NCBI GenBank assembly: GCA_965261985.1
Contig: OZ253490.1
Coordinates: 1,511,947 to 1,575,946 of the forward strand
Direction of reading: 5' to 3'
Source: Alphaproteobacteria bacterium
GTDB taxonomy: Bacteria > Pseudomonadota > Alphaproteobacteria > Bin95
Length of the DNA: 64,000 nucleotides
Shown: positions 56,813 through 64,000 of the stretch, piece after piece
How positions within the stretch are numbered: position 1 is the stretch's first letter
How the letters are laid out: each line of letters begins with the position of its first letter
Made by a program: the position numbers and the translations under genes
Notes under the pieces: generated by a model
What the model was told of the DNA's origin: nothing
Seen by the model: only the letters and a program-made list of their open reading frames with translations
The model's database searches: none

Positions 56813-58342
56813 ATGGCGAAGCTTGGCGGGGACATGATCGCGCTTACCGGCTTCATCGGCTTCCACGCCCGGCGCACGCCCGCCCGCGAGGCGCTCGTCT
56901 ATGAGGACTTGCGGCTCGGCTACGGCGCGCTCTGGAACAACATGACTGCGATGGCGGGCAGGCTCGCGGGCTTCGGCATCGGCCCCGGAGATGTCGTCGC
57001 CGCCTGCCTCAGGAACAGTCCTGCCTTCTACGATCTCGCCTTCGCCGCGAGCCATGTCGGCGCAGTGTTCCTGCCGCTCAATTACCGCCTCGCCGCCGAC
57101 GAGATCGCCTGGATTCTCGGCCATGCCGGTGCGCGCCGCCTGTTCGCCGACGCCGATCTCGACACTGCCGCGGAGGCGGCGGAAGCGGCCGGCATCCCGC
57201 TCACCGCGCTCGACCCGGAGGCGGCGCGCGACAGCCGGCGGCTGAGCGCCGGAGCGCCGGCCCCGCCCGCAGCCGAGGCGGCGCCGGACGATGTCTTCCG
57301 CCTCATGTACACCTCGGGCACCACCGACCGGCCCAAGGGCGTGCAGCACAGCTACACAAACTTCTACTGGAAATGCCTGGACCAGACGGCGGCGCTCGGC
57401 GCCACGCCCGACGACCGGCTGCTGGTGGTCGGGCCGCTCTACCATGTCGGCGGCTTCGACCTGCCGGGCGTGGATGTGTGGCGGCGCGGCGGCTGCATCG
57501 TTCTGCATCGCGAGGCCCGGCCGCGCGCCATCCTGGAGGCAATCGAGGCCGAGCGCGTCACCGGCGCCTGGCTCGCGCCCACGGTCACGAACGGCGTGCT
57601 GGCCGATCCGGATCTCGGCCGCTTCGACACAAGCGCGCTGCAATGGGTGATCGGCGGCGGCGAGCGCACGCCGGAGACGCGCATCCGGGAGTTCGCCGCC
57701 GCCTTCCCCAATGCCCGCTATATCGACGCCTACGGCCTGACGGAGAGCGTGGGCGGCGACACGCTGATGGAGGCCGGGCGCGAGCTGGAGAAGATCGGGT
57801 CGGTCGGGCGGGCGATCGGCCATGTCGAGGTCACGGTGCGCGACGAGGCGGGCCGCGCCCTGCCGCCGGGCGAAGAGGGCGAGATCTGCCTGAGGGGGCC
57901 GAAGATCACGCGCGGCTACTGGCGCGACCCGGAACGCACGGCCGAGGCCTTTTTCGGCGACAGGCTCAGAACCGGCGATGTCGGCTATCTGGACGAGGAG
58001 GGCTTCCTGTACCTCACCGACCGGCGCAAGGACATGATCCTCTCCGGCGGCGAGAACATCGCCTCGTCGGAGATCGAGCGTGTGCTCTACGAGCACGATG
58101 CGGTGCATGAGGCGGCGGCCATCGGCCTGCCCGACGAACGCTGGGGCGAACGCCCGGTCGCGGTCGTAGCGCTCCGGCCCGGCGCCGAACTGACGCTCGA
58201 GGAATTGCAGCGCCACTGCCGCGCCCGCCTCGCCGGCTTCAAGGTGCCGAAGGAGCTCCACCTCCGCCCCGCGCTCCCCCGCAACCCCTCCGGCAAGGTG
58301 TTGAAACGCCTCTTGCGCGACGAGCTGGGCGGCGGCGAGTAA
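56813..58342 (+). CDS. AMP-dependent acyl-CoA synthetase/ligase
   Basis: YTSGTTDRPKGV and GYGLTES AMP-binding motifs. An alternative start lies at 56834. Confidence 0.85.
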   Translation: MAKLGGDMIALTGFIGFHARRTPAREALVYEDLRLGYGALWNNMTAMAGRLAGFGIGPGDVVAACLRNSPAFYDLAFAASHVGAVFLPLNYRLAADEIAWILGHAGARRLFADADLDTAAEAAEAAGIPLTALDPEAARDSRRLSAGAPAPPAAEAAPDDVFRLMYTSGTTDRPKGVQHSYTNFYWKCLDQTAALGATPDDRLLVVGPLYHVGGFDLPGVDVWRRGGCIVLHREARPRAILEAIEAERVTGAWLAPTVTNGVLADPDLGRFDTSALQWVIGGGERTPETRIREFAAAFPNARYIDAYGLTESVGGDTLMEAGRELEKIGSVGRAIGHVEVTVRDEAGRALPPGEEGEICLRGPKITRGYWRDPERTAEAFFGDRLRTGDVGYLDEEGFLYLTDRRKDMILSGGENIASSEIERVLYEHDAVHEAAAIGLPDERWGERPVAVVALRPGAELTLEELQRHCRARLAGFKVPKELHLRPALPRNPSGKVLKRLLRDELGGGE

Positions 58343-58350
58343 GGCCCGGC

Positions 58351-59061
58351 TTACCAGACTTCGCCGTAGGGGCGGAGCTCGACACTGAAGGACCAGGCCG
58401 AGCGGTCCTGGTGCGCGACGCGGTACATCTCCTCCGCAATCGCCACCGGCTTGGCGAAATACTCGTCCGGCGCGTCCGGCGCGATGAAGGGACGGGTGCG
58501 CGGCGTGTCGATGGCGGCGTCGATGATGAAATAGGCGACGTGGATGCCCTGCGGCCCGAACTCGCGGGCGATGGATTCGGCGAGGATGCGTTGCGCCGCC
58601 TTGGTCGAGGCGAAGAAGCCCCAATGCGCCTTGCCGCGCGTGGCCGAGGTGTTGCCCGTGACGAGCAGCGCGCCGCCGCCCGCTTCCAGCATGCTGGGAA
58701 TCGTCTCGCGGGCGAGGTGCAGGAGCGCCGTCGCATTCACGCGGAAATTGCGTTCGAGGTCCTCCGGGTCCTGCTCCAGAAACGGCCCGCGCGTGCTCCT
58801 GAGCGCGTTGTGCACGACGACCGTCGGCGGGCCCAGTCGTTCCCGCACCGCCGCCACGGTCGCCCGGAGCGCGTCGAGGTCGCCGACATCGCAGGGGAAG
58901 GCCGTGGCGTTCCCGATGTCGGCTTCCAGCGCGGCCAGCCGCTCCGCGTCGCGGGCGAGCATGGCGGTGCGGTAGCCGCCCACGGCGAAGCGCCTGGCGA
59001 TTTCGGCGCCCGTGCCCCCGTCGGGGCCGACACCGGTGACGAGCGCAACCGGCTGGCTCAT
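58351..59061 (-). CDS. SDR-family oxidoreductase
   Basis: TGVGPDGGTG Rossmann motif. 236 aa. Start ATG at 59061 overlapping the GST stop. Confidence 0.75.
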   Translation of the reverse strand: MSQPVALVTGVGPDGGTGAEIARRFAVGGYRTAMLARDAERLAALEADIGNATAFPCDVGDLDALRATVAAVRERLGPPTVVVHNALRSTRGPFLEQDPEDLERNFRVNATALLHLARETIPSMLEAGGGALLVTGNTSATRGKAHWGFFASTKAAQRILAESIAREFGPQGIHVAYFIIDAAIDTPRTRPFIAPDAPDEYFAKPVAIAEEMYRVAHQDRSAWSFSVELRPYGEVW

Positions 59062-59897
59062 GCGCGTTTCCTTTCGGGAGTCTCGGTTTCGAGCACATAG
59101 CCGTCGAGGTCGGCGGCGAAGGCGGGCAGGCGGCGCAGCCGGTCGAAATGGGCATGCGCGCGGGCGTGGTCGCCGGGCCGGTAGATCGGGTTGAGGCCGC
59201 ACGCCTCAAGCCGGTCGGCCATGCGCTCCTCGCGGCGGAATTGCGCGAAATCGCAGACGAAGGCGATGTCGGCGATCGAGAACGGCCCCGCCAATCCCTC
59301 TCCGCCCAGGCCCGCGGCATTGTCGATGCCGTCCATGTAGAAGCCGTAGGCCTCGCGCATCCGGTCCGAGAGCTCCTGCGACGCCTTGCGGGCCACGAGC
59401 GCCAGCAGATAGACCTGCGCCTCGCGCGCGAAGACAAGCCCGGCATCGAGGAAGCTGTCGATCCGAGCGGCCTCGTATGGCCCCTCGCCGTAGAGGCCGC
59501 CGGCCGCCGCGCCCAACGCGGCGAGTTGTTCCGTCGGGCGGCGCTCCGGCACCGCCGCGCGGGCGACGGCGCGCAGAATGCTGTTCGACTCGAAGATGCC
59601 GGTCCCGCCTTCGGGGTCGAAGGCGGCGGGCACGGTGCCGAAGGGGTGGGCGGCGAGAAAGGCGTCCGTCTTGTAGAGCATGGCGTCGAAGCCGCGCTTG
59701 CTTGCGCGCGCATGCGGATTGCCGGGGGTCTTCTCGGCCTCTTCCAGCGGGCGCGCTTCGAAGTCCCAGAGCCAGCCCGGCAGCGCCTTCGGGCGGTCGC
59801 CGACGACCTCGACCTCGACGCCGAGCAGCCGGGCGGCGACGGTCGCCTTCCAGACGCGCGGATTGGGCAGGTAGGAGAAAATCCTGAGCACCGCCAT
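59058..59897 (-). CDS. glutathione S-transferase family protein
   Basis: N-terminal thioredoxin-like and C-terminal helical GST domains. 279 aa. Confidence 0.65.
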   Translation of the reverse strand: MAVLRIFSYLPNPRVWKATVAARLLGVEVEVVGDRPKALPGWLWDFEARPLEEAEKTPGNPHARASKRGFDAMLYKTDAFLAAHPFGTVPAAFDPEGGTGIFESNSILRAVARAAVPERRPTEQLAALGAAAGGLYGEGPYEAARIDSFLDAGLVFAREAQVYLLALVARKASQELSDRMREAYGFYMDGIDNAAGLGGEGLAGPFSIADIAFVCDFAQFRREERMADRLEACGLNPIYRPGDHARAHAHFDRLRRLPAFAADLDGYVLETETPERKRA

Positions 59898-60042
59898 CGC
59901 AAGCGCCCCCTTCGCCGCAGTTTTCGGAGCCGCGCGCAGTCTGCCACGAAAGCGGCGGGCCGCGCCAGCGGAGGACCGTTCCCTTGGCTGCGCCGGAGGG
60001 CGGTATTACTCTCGCCGCAGGCAGGAAGGGGAGGCTTCTTCC

Positions 60043-60945
60043 ATGCGTGCGACCCGGCGAACGGTTCTGGCAGGCGCGGGCGCTGCGCTGGCGGCGCCGG
60101 CGTTCGGCGCCGGGCCCGGAAAGGCGTTGGCCAGGCCCATTCCGGCGACCGGGGAGCGGGTGCCGGCGGTCGGGCTCGGAAGCTGGATCACCTTCAATGT
60201 CGGCGGCGACCCGCTGCTGCGCGCCGAATGCCGCGCCGTCATGGCCGCCTTCTTCGAGGAAGGCGGGGGCATTGTCGATTCCTCGCCCATGTACGGCTCC
60301 TCGCAGGAGGTGATCGGCGACGCGCTCGCGAAGCTGGACCGCCCGGCGGGCCTCTTTTCCGCCGACAAGGTCTGGACCCGCGCCGCCGACGGCCCGGCGC
60401 AGATCGCGGAGACGGCCCGGCGCTGGGGCGTCGAGCGTTTCGACCTGTTGCAGGTCCACAACCTGATCGACCGCGAAGCGAACCTCGACACGCTCGCCGC
60501 CATGAAGGAGGCCGGCGCGCTCCGCTATACCGGCGTCACCACCTCGCACGGCCGCCGGCATGCCGAGCTGGAGGAGGTGATGAGCCGCCGCCCGCCCAAT
60601 TTCGTCCAGCTCACCTACAACATCGTGGACCGCGAGGCGGAACGCCGCCTGCTGCCGCTCGCGCTGGAACGCGGCATCGCGGTCATTTGCAACCGGCCGT
60701 TTCGGCGCGGCCAGCTTCCGGACCGGCTTGCGGGCCGTCCGCTCCCCGGCTGGGCGCGTGAGATCGAGGTGTCCACCTGGCCGCAATTCCTGCTCAAATT
60801 CATCCTCTCCCATCCCGCCGTCACCGCCGCCATCCCCGCGACCCGGCGGGTGGACCATCTGCGCGAGAACAAGTCCGCCGCCTACGGCCCGATGCCGGAC
60901 GCGGCCCTGCGCCGGCGCATGGCGGAGCATGTGCGCGACCTGTAG
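60043..60945 (+). CDS. aldo/keto reductase with twin-arginine (TAT) signal
   Basis: RRTVLAGAGAALAAPAFGA TAT-like leader and AKR fold motifs (GLGSW, QVHNL). Confidence 0.7.
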   Translation: MRATRRTVLAGAGAALAAPAFGAGPGKALARPIPATGERVPAVGLGSWITFNVGGDPLLRAECRAVMAAFFEEGGGIVDSSPMYGSSQEVIGDALAKLDRPAGLFSADKVWTRAADGPAQIAETARRWGVERFDLLQVHNLIDREANLDTLAAMKEAGALRYTGVTTSHGRRHAELEEVMSRRPPNFVQLTYNIVDREAERRLLPLALERGIAVICNRPFRRGQLPDRLAGRPLPGWAREIEVSTWPQFLLKFILSHPAVTAAIPATRRVDHLRENKSAAYGPMPDAALRRRMAEHVRDL

Positions 60946-60988
60946 CGCCGTTCGGCCCGGCCGGGCGGGAACGGAATAGCGGCCCGCC

Positions 60989-61642
60989 ATGGACGGGTCC
61001 TGGGCGCTCGAGGACCTGCTGCTGTTCGAGCCGCGCGTCTATTTCCGGCTCTTCGCGCTGGAGAACGGGGCGGCGTGGCCGGCCCAGCCGGTGCTGCTTG
61101 CGGCGGGCGGGCTGCTCGTCCTCTGCCTCCTCACGGGACGGCGGCCTTCGGGACACTGGCTCGGTCCGGCGCTCGGCGCGGTCTGGCTCTGGACCGGCTG
61201 GCAGTTCGTGGCGCTCCGCTATGGCACGGTCAACTGGGCCGCGCCCGCGCTCGCCTGGGGGTTCTACGCACAGGCGGTCCTTCTCGCAGCGCTCGGCCTT
61301 TCGGGCCGGCTCGCCTTCGCAGGGCGGGCGCGCAACGCCTTGCCCGGCGTCGGCCTTTTCGCTGCGGCGCTGTTCGTCTGGCCGCTGCTGGCGCCGCTCG
61401 ACGGACGGTCCTGGACCGAGGCCGAGGTCGTGGCGATTGCGCCCGATCCGACGGCAATCGCCACGCTCGGCCTGCTGGCGCTCGCCGCGCGCAGCCGCTG
61501 GACGGCGCTGCTTTGCGTCGTGCCGGCGCTCTGGCTCGCGGTCTCGGCGCTGACCCTGCTCACCATGGGCGCCTGGCAGGGCTGGGCCGTGCTCGCGGCC
61601 CTGCTCGCCGGCCTGGCCGCCAGGAGCCTCCCCTTGCGCTGA
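60989..61642 (+). CDS. conserved integral membrane protein (hypothetical)
   Basis: 217 aa with 5-6 hydrophobic helices. Confidence 0.45.
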   Translation: MDGSWALEDLLLFEPRVYFRLFALENGAAWPAQPVLLAAGGLLVLCLLTGRRPSGHWLGPALGAVWLWTGWQFVALRYGTVNWAAPALAWGFYAQAVLLAALGLSGRLAFAGRARNALPGVGLFAAALFVWPLLAPLDGRSWTEAEVVAIAPDPTAIATLGLLALAARSRWTALLCVVPALWLAVSALTLLTMGAWQGWAVLAALLAGLAARSLPLR

Positions 61643-61691
61643 GACCCGGCCGAACGCCTCGCGCGGATCGTTCCCGGGCCGCCCCGCCGCC

Positions 61692-62570
61692 TCAGGCCAG
61701 GGCGGTTTCGAACAGGGCCAGCAGCCGGCTCCAGGCCCGCTCCGCCTGCGCTTCGTTGTACACGGCGGAATCCGGAGGGCACCAGCCGTGCAGCGTGTCC
61801 GCATAGACTTCGATCTCCGCCGGCAGCCCGGCGGCGGCAAAGGCTTCCCGAAGCGCGGTCTTGGCCTCCGGGTCTTTCCCGTCGTCGTTCTCCGCGATCG
61901 CGAACAGATAGCGCGCGCGGATCCTGTCCACCAGCCGATGGGGGCTGTCGGGCGCGTCGGTCACGAGCCTGCCGCCGTGGAACGAGGCGCCGGCGCCGAT
62001 CCGGTCGGGGAATGCCGCCGCGGTGCGCATGGTCATGGAGCCGCCCATGCAGTATCCCGTCGTCCCCATCTTGCGGTCGCCGGCCACCGCGTCCCGGCTG
62101 TCCAGGAAGCCGACGAAGGCGCTTGCGTCCGCCACAGTCCTTTCCGGGGTCAACGAGCGCATCAGGGGAAAGATCTTCTTGCGCGTCGCCTCGTCCCGGA
62201 ACGAGGCGCCCTCCGGCAGGACCGGCGCCTTCTCGGTGCGGTAGTAGGGATTGACGACCAGCACCGCATAGCCCGATTCGGCCAGCCGCCGCCCCATCTG
62301 CTCGAAGGCGGGCCTGAGACCGAGGGCATCGGGCCAGATCAATACACCCGGATGGGCGCCGCTCGACGGGTGCACGAAGTGGCAGTCCGCCGTGCCGTCG
62401 GGTGTGGACACCTCGACATTTTCGGCCGTCACCTGAAGCGCAGAAGCGGCCCGAGGCAGGAGCATGGCCAGTCCCGTCCCGACCGAAAGCGCCCCGAACT
62501 TGCGCCGGGTCAGCCTTCCCGAACGGCGCAAATAGTCCTCCGCGTCACGCAGTGTTCTCTCGTCGCACAT
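61692..62570 (-). CDS. dienelactone hydrolase family protein (secreted, TAT-like leader)
   Basis: GYCMGG nucleophile motif and dienelactone hydrolase similarity. 292 aa. Confidence 0.75.
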   Translation of the reverse strand: MCDERTLRDAEDYLRRSGRLTRRKFGALSVGTGLAMLLPRAASALQVTAENVEVSTPDGTADCHFVHPSSGAHPGVLIWPDALGLRPAFEQMGRRLAESGYAVLVVNPYYRTEKAPVLPEGASFRDEATRKKIFPLMRSLTPERTVADASAFVGFLDSRDAVAGDRKMGTTGYCMGGSMTMRTAAAFPDRIGAGASFHGGRLVTDAPDSPHRLVDRIRARYLFAIAENDDGKDPEAKTALREAFAAAGLPAEIEVYADTLHGWCPPDSAVYNEAQAERAWSRLLALFETALA

Positions 62571-62587
62571 GGGTGCCTCCCGTCACG

Positions 62588-63196
62588 CTAGGGTTCGCAT
62601 TGCAGCCCGGCGCCATCGCGCTCGGGCGCGGATCGGGCGGCCGGCGGCGGCGCGTCCTCGCGGGCCAGGTCTTCGACGCAGCGTTCCAGCGCGAAGACAT
62701 GCGCATCGTCGATGCCGAGGCGCCGCAATTCGCCTGCCAGCTTCCTGAGATAGTCGATATTGGTGCCGCTCGGCCCGGCCGAGCCGGCGATATGCGCGGC
62801 CATCTCCGGCAGCGGCGCCGGGCCGAGGTAAGCGCGGTTGCCGACGGGCGCGACATAGAGGACGCCGTCGGTCGCCGTGCCGTCGCGGAACTCGAGCCAT
62901 ACCGTCTCGCGCCGGTAGCCGTTCTTCTCGCGGCGGTCCAGCTCGGCCCAGGTCTTCTGCAGCTGGACCCCATCGACGAAATAGGCCACGCCTTCGCAGG
63001 ATGCGTCAGCATCCGGAATGAGCGTCGCCACCCGGCCGGGCGCATGCGGCACGCCGCGATGGTCGTGCGAGCCCTGCCAGAACCGGCGTTTCCAGCCGCG
63101 CACGCGCGCAACCCGCGATTCGAGGAACGGGATGTCCGGCCGCCAGACCAGCGAGCCATAGCCGAACACCCAGGCGCCGTCCTGAGGCGCGGTCAT
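62588..63196 (-). CDS. gamma-glutamylcyclotransferase (ChaC-like) family protein
   Basis: WVFGYGSLVW N-terminal motif of the ChaC/GGCT family. Start ATG at 63196 overlapping the upstream stop. Confidence 0.7.
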   Translation of the reverse strand: MTAPQDGAWVFGYGSLVWRPDIPFLESRVARVRGWKRRFWQGSHDHRGVPHAPGRVATLIPDADASCEGVAYFVDGVQLQKTWAELDRREKNGYRRETVWLEFRDGTATDGVLYVAPVGNRAYLGPAPLPEMAAHIAGSAGPSGTNIDYLRKLAGELRRLGIDDAHVFALERCVEDLAREDAPPPAARSAPERDGAGLQCEP

Positions 63197-64000
63197 CCGC
63201 ACCGCCCGACATGGTCGAGAATAGCGCTGGCGGTGAGTCCCGGCTCCTCCTCGGGCACGAAATGCCCGCTTTGCTCCGCGACCAGCCCCCGCACGTCGGT
63301 GGCAACCCGGCGCATCGACGCCTCGACTTCGCCGGCCCGCCCGAAGGAGTCCGTCTTCCCGCCGCCGATGGCCAGCACCGGCATGGGCAGGCGGAAGCCG
63401 GTTGCCAGCAATGCCTCGTTGTCGGCGACGTCCCGGGGCAGGTTGCGGTAGAAGGCAAAGCCCGCGCGCAGCGCCTCGGGCTGGCTGTAGCTGCGCAGAT
63501 ATTCCTCTACGGCCTGCTCGTCTATCGCGTCCGGGCGGGCGGCATAGGCCCGGTAGAACCAGCCGAGATAGGTGCGCTCGCGCCCGCCGACCAGCGCCTC
63601 GGGCAGGTCCGGCGTGCGGTGGAAGGCATGGTGCCAGCGCCGCCCGCCCTGCGAGAAATCCCCCCCGTCGCCGGGGATCACCACGTCGATGATCGTGAGG
63701 CTCAGCACCGCTTCCGGATGCTGCGCGGCGAGCGCGAAGGCGGCGGGGCCGCCCCAGTCATGGCCGACGAGGTGCCAGCGTTCGAGGCCGAAATGTTCGG
63801 AGAGCAGCCGGAAGATGTCCTCCGAAACGGTGCGCTTGTCGTAGCCGCCCGCCGGCCGCGAGGAATCGCCGAGGCCGCGCAGGTCGGGCGCAATCACCGG
63901 ATGGCGCTCCGCTATCGCCGGCATCGTATGGCGCCACTCGTACCAGGTCTCCGGCCATCCGTGCAGCAGCACCACCGGCGGCGAAGTGCGAAGGTCCGCG
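63193..64000 (-). CDS. alpha/beta-hydrolase (epoxide hydrolase/haloalkane dehalogenase-like), 5' end outside the window
   Basis: VLLHGWPETWYEW and HDWGG (nucleophile) motifs. The ORF runs off the window edge. Confidence 0.7.
   Translation of the reverse strand, partial: ADLRTSPPVVLLHGWPETWYEWRHTMPAIAERHPVIAPDLRGLGDSSRPAGGYDKRTVSEDIFRLLSEHFGLERWHLVGHDWGGPAAFALAAQHPEAVLSLTIIDVVIPGDGGDFSQGGRRWHHAFHRTPDLPEALVGGRERTYLGWFYRAYAARPDAIDEQAVEEYLRSYSQPEALRAGFAFYRNLPRDVADNEALLATGFRLPMPVLAIGGGKTDSFGRAGEVEASMRRVATDVRGLVAEQSGHFVPEEEPGLTASAILDHVGRCG

Noticed and set aside
56408-59947. 1179-aa minus-strand ORF
   Set aside because: Antisense to the acyl-CoA synthetase, SDR and GST genes, with Arg/Pro/Ala-rich low-complexity translation.

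Overview
This window is a high-GC (about 68-70%) alphaproteobacterial chromosome segment, probably Hyphomicrobiales/Rhizobiales. Its conserved genes include an aminotransferase, N-carbamoyl-D-amino-acid hydrolase, D-aminoacylase, hdaA, pgsA, purM-purN, scattered cobalamin genes (cobK, cbiD, cobA, cobB), a choXWV-like ABC transporter divergent from betA, hsp20, an orphan formate-dehydrogenase alpha subunit, a glycosyltransferase/LPS-modification cluster, two acyl-CoA synthetase loci and assorted hydrolases. Interleaved with these are clearly accessory, compositionally distinct insertions. (1) A 2.25-kb lower-GC block carrying a 605-aa ORFan sits exactly between a dinJ antitoxin gene and a decayed yafQ-like toxin remnant. 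(2) A relB/relE module is wedged between cobK and cbiD. (3) An RES-Xre toxin-antitoxin pair and an orphan BrnA-like antitoxin are also present. (4) An IS66-family single-ORF element is inserted into one copy of a dispersed repeat family not recognisable as any known element. That family has three copies, each with its own sigma70-like promoter, a 5' hairpin, GC palindromes and a 3' triple ATGACA direct repeat phased at exactly 10 bp; all copies lie upstream of acyl-CoA ligase loci. (5) One repeat copy embeds a small signal-peptide-like ORF ending in CFLGIPCR, followed by tandem intrinsic terminators. There are gene remnants (a glycosyltransferase family 4 N-terminal fragment, a carbon-nitrogen-hydrolase fragment, the yafQ-like remnant) and a monooxygenase of the Baeyer-Villiger type (BVMO) with an in-frame deletion of about 110 aa. 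No rRNA, tRNA or CRISPR array was recognised by eye. No classical transcription-factor gene occurs in the 64 kb apart from antitoxins and hdaA. Many long ORFs in the supplied track are alternate-frame or antisense artefacts of the high GC content and were not called.
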